A stretch of DNA of 48,749 bases from Catajapyx aquilonaris. Its lineage: Eukaryota. The notes beneath the pieces were generated by a model, which saw only the letters and a list, made by a program, of their open reading frames with translations, was not told where the DNA came from and did not search any database. Below are positions 12,387 through 24,421 of this stretch, one piece after another. The stretch spans positions 1 to 48,749 of the forward strand of contig JYFJ02002922.1 of NCBI GenBank assembly GCA_000934665.2. The letters run 5' to 3'. The position numbers were made by a program, and so were the translations under genes. Each line of letters opens with the position of its first letter. The first letter of the stretch is position 1.

Positions 12387-14052
12387 TTTCGCGGGCAAAG
12401 GTTACCATGGTATGTTCAGTAACACACACGACACCTTCCGCTACTGTGCAGATAATTGACTCGTTGCTGATTAGCGATTTTTGCCTAATCGCTCCTTCTG
12501 ACTTTTAAATAGAATTTACAGGTGTAACTAGCCATAGAGGCCTTACCACCTGTGGGCAACAAACCAACAAAGTCCGGCCCCCAGACCTTCCAGACCCTTC
12601 TGACTGGGGAAGGGTTCGTTGGTGGCCTAACTTCCAGGATATTTTATACTACCTGTTTGAAGGCAATTTGCGCGGTAATGAGGTGGCCCAGAAATAATCA
12701 CTCCTCTACATAATGTGATCGTCTCGTCCCTAGGTCGGGGGTGATAAAGGTTTGTCGGTGTTTTTCATGAACACCCTGTATAGTAATGAATGCCAGGCTC
12801 AATTTTGACCATATCGTGACTATGATCGTTGAGAATTTCAGGTTTTCAACTACTTTTGTGCTTTATTCTTTTAAGAAGGCGCCAGGTAAAAGTCAAGGGA
12901 ATGCTAATGTCCAATATATTTGTGATCATATATTTACTTTTTGTAGCTTTGTGTTATACTAACTGTCGCTACTTTTCGTATCTATGCGTAAGGATTTCAT
13001 GTAAGTTACATTACATCTAAAACTACATATTGAAGAAAGCGTCAATCACGCTGTGGTAGAATATTTGACTGAAGTTATTCGGTCCGCTTGTGTCTAATGG
13101 TAAAAAATGGACAAACTTCTTACAGTTTAATGCATGGGTTGAAACCAGAAGTAATGCCATGAGAACTTCGGCCTGTCCTTTTGTTTGCCCAAGCAGATCA
13201 TGAAAACGTATGCAGTAAAACCAGTACATAACTTAATTCCTCCGTTAAGGATAATAATAATTTATTTCAGTACCAGCAGTACTTTATATGCACCAGAAAT
13301 ATTGAAACAACTTGAAAGATTTGTAATGGACAAGTTTCCGATACCCTTCATGGTTAGTTATAAACAACTTCCTTGACTTCTGCAACCAATATTTTCTCTA
13401 AAAAGTTTTACACGATTCTCTCAGTAAGTTGTACGTGAATTTAAATTTAACATTTTTAAGGAAACCAGATCGTGGAATCAAGATTCATTATAGCAAGAAA
13501 ACACGCTGCATTTTTGTAGTGAATCCTTGTAACCACTCTTGTTGTAACTGATTACCATATTATTACGCCACCCTCCTTCCTCTGTTATGCATGCATCAAA
13601 ACCATAAATCATCACTCTAATACTTTCTGACTATTTGTGGGGGCATTATATCCTTGCACCTTTTTGTTGTATCATACGTAGCATCGAGTCGCCTCTTTCT
13701 CGTAATACCGTAACCTTGTGAGATATATGACACGACGCGCGACGGCTATACATTACAGTATACTCCCACCTGTCGGGAGGTTTCATTCAGATATCCATAG
13801 AATTCTCAGAAGCTCCTAAGAAGCGCTTTATTGTGGAGGAGACAAAATCCGGGAAAGTGTGTCATTTGTGAGAAGGTGATTCTTGATACCATTACGGAGC
13901 CACCACAAATAATTTTTAAAGCCAGCTGTAGTCGTTCCTGTCATTAAGTACCGTGCTCTACTTATATACACCAAAATATATACTGTTTTACACGTACAAT
14001 ACAGTACTAATAAATTAAGAGACAAATGCCAAATGTGATTCAAATTTGTTCA

Positions 14053-14056
<4 letters not shown>

Positions 14057-14115
<59 letters not shown>

Positions 14116-14426
14116 TGTGGGTTAGTGCTCACCCTTGCGGGCATCAGCACAGCCTTTATTTCAAGTTGGTACAAGCTGGAGCGAATCGCCCTGTCCCTCG
14201 GGCGGGATGACAGGAGGGGATGTGCAAAGTGCAGTGCAATGCTGTACGAGGTCATTTTGTGAACTCCCCCGGGTGGATTTGTCTATTGGATATTCCACCC
14301 AGAAACGAAGCCAGAGACGACCCACACTCTGCACGGGATGAAGGGGGTGTCCCCGGGCGGGATTTGATCCCGGGACCTTAACATCCGTAGGCGCGCACGT
14401 TACCGCGGCGCAACTCCGTCTCCCCC
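14057..14426 (-). mobile_element. tRNA-derived SINE family A with (ATT)n tail
   Basis: Pol III B-box-like GGATCAAATCC; 3' stem-loop then (ATT)n; TSD AAATTTGTTCAAATA at 14042-14056 and 14427-14441. Confidence 0.9.
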
Positions 14427-14501
14427 AAATTTGTTCAAATAGCCTACCACTTGTAGAATAATGCATACCGTAACATTCTTGTAAGTTTCTGACTTCAGAA
14501 A

Positions 14502-14770
14502 CAGACGGGCCAACCTTAGCCGCGGCTGGCCGCGGCCCTGGCGTCGGCCCCGGCTTGCAGAGCCACGGCTGGCCATGGTACCCGTTCAGACGGGCACATA
14601 TTTTAATAACAGCCACCCGCATTTGTAATAGTGGCCGGTAGTCATGGCAGCGACGAAAAACAAGTGACGCGCAGTATCCGTCGCCTGGCCGTGGCCGTTG
14701 CCGTGTGAACCGTCGCGGCCTCGACCAGCCGCGGCTGGCCGCGGCTAAGGTTGGCCACTCTGGACGGCCC
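14502..14770. mobile_element. GC-rich MITE, PIF/Harbinger-like
   Basis: Inverted repeat ggccaaccttagccgcggc...gccgcggctaaggttggcc; right end ...ctggacggccc; left end appears eroded. Confidence 0.6.
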
Positions 14771-15443
14771 CATAGAGATTAGGGATTCGTCCCAGTAATT
14801 GTGACACCCTGTTATACTGTGTAGGCTACATTATTATTCTTAGTTAAGGCGGCGCGTTTCGAATGGAACTTTTTTTTTTTTTGACGCGATACACGCCGTT
14901 AATCTGAAAAGTCACGAACTAGGTTCCCTGTGCGAAGGTTTGGCCTTTACAGTGGTACCATACTCGATATGATTGTATTAAAATTGTGGACATACGGGCG
15001 CAGAAGCGTGTCTGATTTTGTCGCGCTTCCTGCCGCCATGTTATTCAAATGGGCTTTTCGGGAACACCATTTTCCTCTCACTTCAACTCAATGAAAAGAT
15101 CATTTCTAGGCTGAAAATGGAAAAAAGACGAACTAGGTGCCCTGCGCCAGATCATATACTATTTTTGGTGCAATTTTTGTGTTGATTGCACCAATTTTGC
15201 GGCCGTACGGCCGCAGAAGCGTCGACATGTCGAATCCCCATATGCTGCCCATGCATAAGCGAGTTTGTTTGGGTCCTCGCCAAGGGCTCCGCATTGTTAC
15301 CGTATTTTTGGTACTGCGCCGCCTTGATGATAAAAATTCCTGTCATCCACTGTTTAAACCTACACAGCCATGGAAACCACGTTTCCTAGGGAAACATAAG
15401 TTAGATTGCACCAAGAATATGCAACCCGAGTGAATGCCTATAA

Positions 15444-15872
15444 CAGGGAGCATATACTACATAAGAGGCGCAAACATTCGATTTTTGCGTCTCTCTGTTT
15501 ATAGGGCGTTGCCAAGGCTGGCGGCTATTTTGAAGTGTGTGGTACGCCAACGAGGTATAAATAGGGTACAGGCGGGCCGTCAAGGTCCGCGAGGGTCCGC
15601 CATCTTTGATGGTTTTGGCTGCCATGGAAATACACGGCAATAACAATTTACTTACGCATTCCAATATCGAATTCAAATTCGCGCGTGTTCTTGCCGTGTA
15701 GTTGCCATGGCAGACAAAACCATCAAAGATGGTGGACCCTATTTTTGCCTGTACCCTATTTATACCTCGTTGGCGTACCACACACTTCAAAATGGCCGCC
15801 AGCCTTGGCAACGCCCTATAAACAGAGAGACATCAAAGAAGTTTGCGCCTCTTATGTAGTATATGCTCCCTG
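15444..15872. mobile_element. Fold-back MITE with 7-bp TSD (P-element-like)
   Basis: CAGGGAGCATATACTAC...GTAGTATATGCTCCCTG; ~190-bp arms; TSD CCTATAA at 15437-15443 and 15873-15879. Confidence 0.85.
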
Positions 15873-17283
15873 CCTATAATCTATATTGTCTAATATATAT
15901 ACAAGGTGTTCAGTAGGGAAATTTCTGGATTCTCAGATCATTAAATTTTCGTCAAGGAGGCATGTAGTTACGGCGTGAGGCGGTAATTCAGTTCAAAACT
16001 TCAAATTATGTTAGATTGTCGGTATAGTGAATATCATTGTAGCGCATCACGTGTTATCCAACCTGTTTGATTAGTGATATAGGTTCTACAAAATAATCTC
16101 TCCAGAGAGAGCACCTGCAACACAGGGTGTTTGGTAAGAGAAGAGGCTAAGTGCACGTGTTTGTTTATTTAGCCTACTACAACTAATGTCATTATAACAT
16201 AAATTTAATTGCAGTCTCATATTGGCATAACAGTGTAAATGACTTTGAATGTTTTTGGTCTTGGAACCTAAAGCAACTGAAGTTATCTCTCCTTATTTAA
16301 TGCCCTCACTATAGCTTTATACCTGCAAGCCTGTAAAACTGATACCTTAATTAGATTGAAATTATTATTACGCTCTTTCACATTTCTTTCTAGTGCATTC
16401 CCTCTATCCGTACTCATATATCCAGTTCTCGAATAAAGTCAGGAAAAAAATAAAAATAAAACTACAGTCGTTTTTCTTTGAAAGCCTCGCCTAGAAAATA
16501 AAAGTCGGGAGAAGGCCTTGTGGTCATGCAATACGTCATAATTGGCTAAAGGACGAGAGAGTGGCAATCGTTTGATGTGTACTTAGTCTCTGGGATGGGG
16601 CCCAGTTTTCTGCAGCTATGTGAGAAGAGAACCCCCATTCTTCTCCCCCACTCCTGCCTGCCTGCCTGGCTGGCACGCCCCCGCTCCCGCCCCCACTTCT
16701 ATGCACAGCTATCGACGTTGGCAGGGCCAGATCCACTTCTGGTTGTAAAGGGGCGCGCACATTCAAGCTCAACCCGAGAGATTCCTTTTCCCTAGTGTTT
16801 CCTACCATCCTCTATGGAGACAGTTTGATAGCACACATTGCTCTCTGTAAGCCCACCTTTGCACCATAGTCAATGGCGAAAAGCCTTCCTGCTGTATACA
16901 GTCAATCTTGTTTCACTGCCGCCTCAATGACAGAATGAGCTTAGAGCAATCATAGCATGTAGCCTACTGTTTTACTCCTCGAAAAATGTTCAGAAATACA
17001 ACTACACTTAAGTATACTACTGTATATTCCAGTGCAAAAAAAAACGTTTACTTCTGGCTATTTTAAAATGATGTTACTAGTTAGTGAGTATCGGGTAATA
17101 GCTTTATAGGATTTCTGAAAACATAGTTACTGAGAAAATTATATTTAATTGAAAATGGCAAAATACAACGTAGTAGGGCCTATGCTACTTTTGTACTGAG
17201 ACAGCCTACGACACGTTCATTGTTTCAGCGGCTACCTGCCATATTTTTAATGATATGAAATCTGAAACTACAATTGCATCGTA

Positions 17284-17333
17284 ACAATTATTTTACATGA
17301 AAAAGGCTTGCCTTTTTCATGTAAAATAATTGT
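17284..17333. repeat. Perfect 24-bp-arm hairpin, 2-nt loop
   Basis: ACAATTATTTTACATGAAAAAGGC-TT-GCCTTTTTCATGTAAAATAATTGT. Confidence 0.9.
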
Positions 17334-17387
17334 GGAGCGTCGCGTATACATGCCAGGATCATTAATGAATAGCAAATTTTAAAAAGG

Positions 17388-17450
17388 GGGCGATTTTGAG
17401 TTATTCGCACCATAAAATTCTCCACCCCAAGACACATGAAAACATACAAT
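17388..17450 (+). repeat. Dispersed repeat fragment (second copy ~27628-27690)
   Basis: ggcgattttgagttattcgcacc.ta.aattctccac.ccaagacaca.gaaaacat shared at both sites. Confidence 0.7.
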
Positions 17451-17654
17451 AAAGGTGCCAGTCAGCCGAACCGTTCGACTATAGGGTGACTGGTAAAGTC
17501 TGGACCGGTAATGATATTGTATTACTGGTTGCCATGAGACCAATAATGTTGTCAGCCAACAGTACAAAACTACATTAAACTACGTGTCCGGACCTTATAC
17601 AGTCACCATGTATATGAAGTTTTGTGTCAATTATACAGACCATCTACTCCAGTA

Positions 17655-17817
17655 CAGTGTTGGTCATAAATCGAGGCATATTGCTGGCGACATTTTCCGA
17701 AGCGGCAGAAGAAGGAATCTTGCTCGCCCGGCTTGTAGTATGCTTATCTTCGATTCCTTCTTTCTGCCGCTTCGGAAAATGTCGCCAGCAATATGCCTCG
17801 ATTTATGACCAACACTG
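17655..17817. mobile_element. 163-bp Tc1/mariner-type MITE
   Basis: TA|CAGTGTTGGTCATAAATCG...CGATTTATGACCAACACTG|TA; ~65-bp near-perfect arms. Confidence 0.88.
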
Positions 17818-17921
17818 TACGACCCTGAAAACCAATCGAGTACTACAACGACATTCTCGCATGGAATGTAGAGGAATAAGACGATCATTAATAATGCAAA
17901 GTAATGCAGCATAGTGAAGTA

Positions 17922-18719
17922 CGAAGGTTGTTTATAAGTCATGGCGCCTATTTGTTTATTCAAAAACGGTAAAACATACAGAGATGACCTTTGCTGAGTT
18001 TTGAAGATCCGGTGATTACAATTTGATCTGGTATACAGATGTCGTCCATGTCGCAAGGGAGGCAGGGAAACAAAAGGGGATCATTACCCCCCCCCCCCCC
18101 CACCGCACCATCGCCCTACGACGGCTCCAGCCTGACGCTCTTGGAGCTGTTGGACGCTGCATGCTGGACACTCGGCGATGGACAACACGGGAGCTTACTT
18201 TCGAGTGTGGGACGAGTCAGAGCACTATTACAGGAGCCATGTGTCATCCATCGCCACAAACCGTTTGAAAAAACCATCGCCTTCATTGCGATCGAGTTCC
18301 AAGCGAAGGCAAAATGGTGGCACTTTTTCACCTCAAAGAGATGGTGAGGAACTAGTGAGGATGCCAACTTCCTGGGACCTTTCAGTCTTTCAGAGTCCTA
18401 AACATAGTGCTCTGACGTGTCCCACACTGGAAAGAAAGCTCCCGTGTTGTCCATCGCCGAGTGTCCAGCATGCAGCGTCCAACAGCTCCAAGCGCGTCAG
18501 GCTGGAGCCGTCTTAGGGCGATGCGATGGTGCAGTGGGGGGAGGGGTCCATGATCCCCTTTTGTTTCCCTGCCTCCCTTGCAATATGGGCGACATCTATA
18601 TGCCAGTTGCCAGATCAAATTGTAATAGTCGGAGCCTCAAAACTCAGCAAAGGTCATCTCTGTATGCGTTACCGTTTTTGAATAAAAAATATGAGCCATG
18701 ACTTATGAAACAACCCTTG
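17922..18719. mobile_element. Mariner-derived fold-back MITE (~310-bp arms) retaining transposase HTH remnant
   Basis: TA|CGAAGGTTGTTT...AAACAACCCTTG|TA; both arms translate to AVGRCMLDTRRWTTREL.F.CGT.QST, resembling the mariner second HTH (DRR.T.RELA...G.S.ST). Confidence 0.75.
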
Positions 18720-19081
18720 TATATTATAACTATGCTGCAAAAAAATCTGCTTGCATTATTTTCTAGTGCATAATTCGGAAAAATTGTAAAAAGGAGGTTA
18801 AGTCAAAAAATATTTTTACCCCTTTGCAACTGTAATTGAATTACTGTGCCTAAATAAAAATCCCGTGGATCTCTTTGGGATGCTTATGGTGTCTTCTCAG
18901 TAAAATTCCACCTTTCTAACACAGAGGGTTCTAGGGTAGATAGTTTTTCGTGCTTCCTGAAAAGTGTGGTTACTGTGACTAATCCCCTTTTTCAAATTCG
19001 AGATTAATTTATACTTAATGTCTGAAGGCAATATTATATAATATCAATAACGAGGTTTCAGGAAACAAATGATTTACTCTA

Positions 19082-20246
19082 ATGCATCAAAAATCAACTT
19101 TTTTCTGTCCATGGCAGTTCATCGCTATTTCCATGTTCCTTAGGTCACTCGTAACCCGTAATGACCACTCATTTTGCCGGGATTTGTTTTTGATCTCGGG
19201 GCAGTCAAAAAACCAAAATCCTTTAATATGCTGTAGGAGGTTTCCGGATTTTTCCAAATCAAGTGGGCCCAAATGTTGCTAGACCATTTAGGATTTTTCT
19301 GAAAATAATCAAAGCTGTAGTGTACACACCTATGCCGTAACACTGCATATCAAGTTTCAGCCAAATTGCGAAATACCGTGGGGAGGGAAAAAATCGCGAA
19401 AATGTGAAAATTGGGCATTTTTTGGATATTTTTTTTCGGTCATTGGAAGTGCTGGTCAAAACCCAATCAACATCAAATGAACGAAAACCGCGAGGAGAAT
19501 GCGCATGTGGAATTAGTTTTCTTCTAAAATGTAACCAGGAAAACGTGTGGCATTCCATCCGTCACATGCTCAGTCACATGTCCAAATATTTAGACCCCAA
19601 CAATATATTAGTGATGTATGAGCAGCCATATTTGGTGACAGTTGTGACACACACAAGATTCAATATGTTCAGTTTCAATCCTGGGTCATGCATGGCTCGT
19701 GAGAAAATAATACATATGTTTTGCAGATACACTATACCATTAATTTTCAATGTCCCAAATTCTTGGACATGTGACCGATCTAAATCACACACTTTTTTCT
19801 GATTACATTCTAGACTATCTAGAGGAAAACTAATTCTATAGGCGAATTCTCCTCGCGGTTCTCGTTCATTTGATGTTGATTGGATTTTGACTGTGTTTTG
19901 ACCACTTCCACTAACCGAAAAAAATATCAAAAAAAGGCCCAATTTCCATAATTTCGCGATTTTTTTCCCTCCCCACGGTATTTAGAAATTTAGCTAAAAC
20001 TTTTTATTCAGTGTTATGGCACGTAGGTTTGTACGGCTGTGATTTTCTTCAGAAAAATCCGAGATAGTCTAGCAGCATTTTAGGCCCACACTTGATTGGG
20101 ATTTTGGGTTTTTGACTGCCCCGAGGTCAAAAACAAATTTTCAGACAAAATTAATGGTTATCATGAGTTACGAGTGACCTATAGGGGCCTAAGGAACATG
20201 GAAATTGCGATGAATTTCCATGGACAAATAAATATCGTGTTGCATA
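19082..20246. mobile_element. Large diverged fold-back element (~450-bp arms)
   Basis: ~19090-19535 mirrors ~19800-20230; related sequence at ~20725-20825 and 46190-46725. Confidence 0.8.
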
Positions 20247-20937
20247 GTATAAGCCTATACATAAAAGATGATCTCGTGATGCCCGGGACATGCCGCTATA
20301 GAAGTTTGTCGGAATCATTCATAATCACCTTGTATGTACTGTAGTATATTACTTCTGCTGTGTTTTCTAAAATAATCCTGTATAAGCTCCCAGGAAGCTC
20401 CCTGTTTAGAAATACTGTACCTGTATATGCTATTTTTAGAAGACGTCTCAGAAAAACCGGATATTGATTCAAATTTTTGTAATAGCCTGCATCCTATTTC
20501 ATAAGGTTATATTTCACGAAAGCACTCTTGCTTATTCTTTACCTCGAGATATAAGGTATTATATCCCATCTGCCGCCTTACCTGAATGCCATCCACTCCG
20601 GATCGCCCATCGCGATAACTGTTACGTATGAAGGTTGCAAGGATGCTGAGTATATGTTGTAGTCTATACAGTATATGCCATGCATTTGACAAAAGGTAAC
20701 TGGGTCATTCCAGCTCAACTGAGTCAAAGTGTTGCTCGACCATCTCCGATTTTTCTGAAAAAAAAAAACATGGTCGTACACACCCTAGACTTAATGAGAA
20801 ATATCAAATTTCAGCATTATTGCTCAACACTGAGTGGGAGGGGGGCGATCCCAAAATTTGGGCCAGGCGGGAAATCAGCCCTTTTTTGGCGAATTATTTC
20901 GGTGTCCAAACCCATCAAACTTATAATATATTATCAA

Positions 20938-21245
20938 GGGGGAGGCGGAGTGGTGCTGCGGTAACGTATGCGCCCACGGATGGTAAGGTCCCGGGTTCGA
21001 TCCCAACCCGGGGACACCCCCTTCATCTCGTGGCTTCGTCTCGGGTGGTATTTCCACAGACTAAACCACCCGGGGGAGTTCACTAAAAATGGCCACCACG
21101 TCAGATGCACTGCACTTTGCACATCCCCTCCTGTCATCCTGCCCGTGGGCCCGGGCGCTTCTCAATGGCTCCAACTTGTACACTATGTACGATCAAATAA
21201 TAAAGGTCCGTGCCGAACGCCGAAAGGTGAAGCACTACCCCCACA

Positions 21246-21296
<51 letters not shown>
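20938..21296 (+). mobile_element. tRNA-derived SINE family A
   Basis: GGGGGAGGCGGAGTGGTGCTGCGGTAACG...GGTTCGATCCC head; (ATT)n tail; TSD ATATATTATCAA at 20926-20937 and 21297-21308. Confidence 0.92.
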
Positions 21297-21302
<6 letters not shown>

Positions 21303-22183
21303 TATCAAAAGAAAAAGGAAGATGAGGAAAATGCAGCTATGGAAATGGTTTCACTCACAATTTCAACCAGATAGAAACGCGCCTGGCTTTACATCGGTCA
21401 AATTTCCAAGAATTTGGGCCTCGAAAAATAGTGATGTATTTGAACCACATTTATTTAATATTTGGTGACACGAATATAGAGCCACACAAGTTGCAATATG
21501 TCTAGTTTGAACCTTGAGTCCTGAATAGTTCGCGAGCAAAAGAATGAGAAACGCGTAAGGTGTCTTTCTCGGAATAGATGGGCTCGGTTTTGAACACAAA
21601 GTTACGTCATGGGCCACTTTTAATTATATTAAGAGCTGCACCCTTTTATAACACATTTGTTCAAACATCATAGGCGACGTTTTGGTCGCCTACACCTTTG
21701 TTTTCGGCGTACATGAATGGGAACGTCACGAATGTGTTCAGCGTGTCGAAGTCATTAGGAATCGTCACCTTTCACGATCATCTGGGGTCAAAATAAAATT
21801 TGCATAAATAAAATGCGAAAATTGCCTCCCCCTCCCCCTCCCCTCCGAAGCGACGAATTTGAAGGTGCTACGGGCCAAATCCATCTATTTGGTGTGAAGA
21901 CCAAACTTGCCGAATCTCTTGCTTGTATCATCAAATGCAGTATTCTTCCCGTATTTTCATCGTACCGCGGCCACTATATACGCCTCGGGATAGACAATAT
22001 AAATGAAATACGCCTCAAGGGTCTCAAGTCACCGTGGATAATGCAGGAGCACGTCCGCATACAGTAATACTAACATTAGCAAACACTTCCCTGCTGGAGA
22101 GCTGCTGACTCGCCGGAGAAGTTATCGGTCTTCGCCCGCATTCTGCTGCCTTCATCCTGAAAGTCTGCTATAACGCATACACC

Positions 22184-22511
22184 GGGGAGGTGTGGTGACC
22201 TAGATGGTAACGTCGCTGCTTGCTGAGTGAAAGGTCCCAGGTTCGATCCCCGCCTGGGAGTTCCCTTTCACCTGCGTCAGTGGTCTCTGTCCCGCACCTT
22301 GGAGGTGTCTGGCAACTTAACCTCCTGGGGGACTGCACATGACCCCTTTACCGACATTGCACTTGCACCCATGTTCCCTCCCCAAAACTCCCTATCCTTA
22401 CCCTATGTCTTTGATTCCTTGCACCGGAGAGTGAAAAAAACTAGACATACGAGAAAACTGATGGTGGTGTGCCACCCTCCTATAAGGTCTTAGACCTCTA
22501 TCACGGGGTAA

Positions 22512-22581
<70 letters not shown>

Positions 22582-22598
22582 GTAAATAAATAAATAAA
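22184..22598 (+). mobile_element. tRNA-derived SINE family B with (AAT)n tail
   Basis: A/B boxes (TGGTGACCTAGATGG, GGTTCGATCCC); body shared with 26358-26781 and 28315-28676; possible decayed TSD ataac..acacc. Confidence 0.88.
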
Positions 22599-23104
22599 AT
22601 AACTTACACACCTCTCTTGCTTTACCGGTACCAATATTGTCTCTCTTTCAGGAAAAGTCTATCGGGGTTTAATCAACGTTAACGCCATGATGATTTTGAT
22701 CGACAGAGGCAGGATATCATTTTATTCCGTTCGTCAGACAATGAGCGACTTCTCCGTCTACTACGAAGCTGTCAGTCTGATTATTTTCCATTACCCGTAC
22801 ATACACGGACACATTATTGGCCATATTATCGTCAACTGCTGGTATAATGTAGACGTGAATTACTGGAGTCTGAACCCCCACTGTTTACCGCAGCCCCTTC
22901 AGGAGCACTTTACGCGAGTGCAGTAGTTAGGTTAGTTAGTTTAGGACACTGTCATTGGTCTTATTTTAGTAGATGCTCTTAATATGGTCAGCATAGTTGT
23001 GAATAACCTTTCTGCTTCCGACGGGAAGCCATTGAATGCCATTTGGTTTGTGTTGGCGTTTGATATCAGCCATATCGTGCTGATGCCTGGTGCTGTAGTT
23101 CAGA

Positions 23105-23252
23105 CAAGGGGGTAATCACTTCGGTACTCCGGTGTACACCTGGGAGTGGTACTCCCTGGTACTCCTCAGGCACCTCACTCTTTATTACTCCGTGGTACTT
23201 TTTGAATTTGGTACTCCAGTGTACACTTTTCAGTCGAGTGATTACCCCCTTG
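23105..23252. mobile_element. 148-bp MITE with 8-bp TSD (P or hAT superfamily)
   Basis: TIR CAAGGGGGTAATCACT / AGTGATTACCCCCTTG; TSD AGTTCAGA at 23097-23104 and 23253-23260; internal GGTACTCC repeats. Confidence 0.9.
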
Positions 23253-23590
23253 AGTTCAGACATGTCTCTGAAGCACTCTCCACACATCGGCTTTTTAATT
23301 ATTGAAAAATAGGTAATCGTCACAAAACGAGGTCCGGTGAATACGACAGGTTGTTTCACAGGTTGATATATACTGCACCAAAGCCAAAGATGACGCCTTC
23401 TGTTCTTGGAGAGTCAGTCTCGCCATTTTATGGCAGTGATACGTGCGGAAGTGTCGTTCATTTTTTGTTTACCGATGTCGATTTTTTATATTCGCATTAC
23501 AGTATTTTATCACATCAAATAATATTCGGGCACAGGTACAAACGACTTATGATTCACCATTGCAAAGGCTCAGGCGCTCGAATTTTAATA

Positions 23591-23680
23591 TACGAGGGTG
23601 GTTCCGAAAGTTCATGGACTTTATTTTTTTCGAGACAACCCGCGTATTAGGCTAATCGGAAGAATTTTTATTCCAACCAA
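23591..23680 (+). mobile_element. Solo mariner-like terminus
   Basis: TA-CGAGGGTGGTTCCGAAAGTTCATGGACT typical mariner TIR start; no partner end found. Confidence 0.4.
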
Positions 23681-23825
23681 AGTGCTATTGCACCTCTTCA
23701 CACTCGTCTTCATAGACCACACTCTCTTCCTTTTCTTCATTAATTCTCTAGAAAGCACGGACTTATAACAACTGAGGGTGTGTAATATCCATATAAGATA
23801 TAGCCTGTAATATCATAATTTTATT

Positions 23826-23848
23826 TGTGGTGGTGGCGGTGGTGGTGG

Positions 23849-23886
<38 letters not shown>

Positions 23887-23890
23887 ATGA

Positions 23891-23923
<33 letters not shown>

Positions 23924-23944
23924 TGATGATGATGATGATGATGA
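23826..23944 (+). repeat. Compound microsatellite (GGT)n(GCT)n(GAC)n(GAT)n
   Basis: Directly visible. Confidence 0.92.
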
Positions 23945-24185
23945 CCCCCCGACAGGCATACGACCTCAGGGCATCTTACCAAAATGACCGACTTTGCGCT
24001 ACTCATATAGATTTTGGAAGTGTATATGAATGAGGCGAGACAACACCTGTATTCTTCAAGAAGAAAAAACCACGTGAAATCCCAGAATCCAGCAAAACTA
24101 TTCCGACATGAGACAATCCCCTGTGCGGCACATTATAGGATGCTTCAATATGGCGTATTGGAGATATACTGTACAGTACGTAGTA

Positions 24186-24421
24186 CAGATTGAGAATCCT
24201 TCATCCGAAATGGCAGGGACCGGAAATGTTTCGAATTTCGTATTTTTCGAATTGTATAAGTTTTAAGTAAGTTTTGTACGTGCAGATACCGGTTATGACG
24301 CTAGTCCTGTCACAATCACATGGAATTTTCCATTTGTAAGACGTCATGTCAGCACTCAAAAAACCTTCGGATTTTGAAGGTGTTCGGATTTTGGAATTTC
24401 GCATAAATGATTCTTAACCTG
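24186..24421. mobile_element. pogo/Tigger-type MITE (236 bp, TA TSD)
   Basis: TA|CAGATTGAGAATCCTTCATCCGAAAT ... ATTTCGCATAAATGATTCTTAACCTG|TA; GGGACCGG and TTCGGATTTT motifs typical of Tigger MITEs. Confidence 0.8.

Larger units (their letters stand above)
11388..12778. mobile_element. Tc1/mariner-type MITE (TA TSD) hosting nested insertions
   Basis: TA|CAGGGTGTTCATGAAAAACACCGACAAAC ... GTTTGTCGGTGTTTTTCATGAACACCCTG|TA; 29-bp TIRs. Confidence 0.85.

Noticed and set aside
14115..14150. Hammerhead ribozyme or box C/D motif in the SINE A tail (CTGATG...TGA)
   Set aside because: CTGATGA...GAAA core is incomplete and the motif is not kept in the other two copies.
14845..15400. Two diverged tandem modules (gaactagg..ccctg..cg / tacgg.cgcagaagcgt) after TTAAGGCGG
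   Set aside because: Probably an old repeat, but boundaries and class cannot be defined.
23821..24033. Poly-His/Arg/Gln ORF and other poly-Asn/Ile/Leu/Tyr ORFs
   Set aside because: Artefacts of trinucleotide microsatellites and SINE tails.
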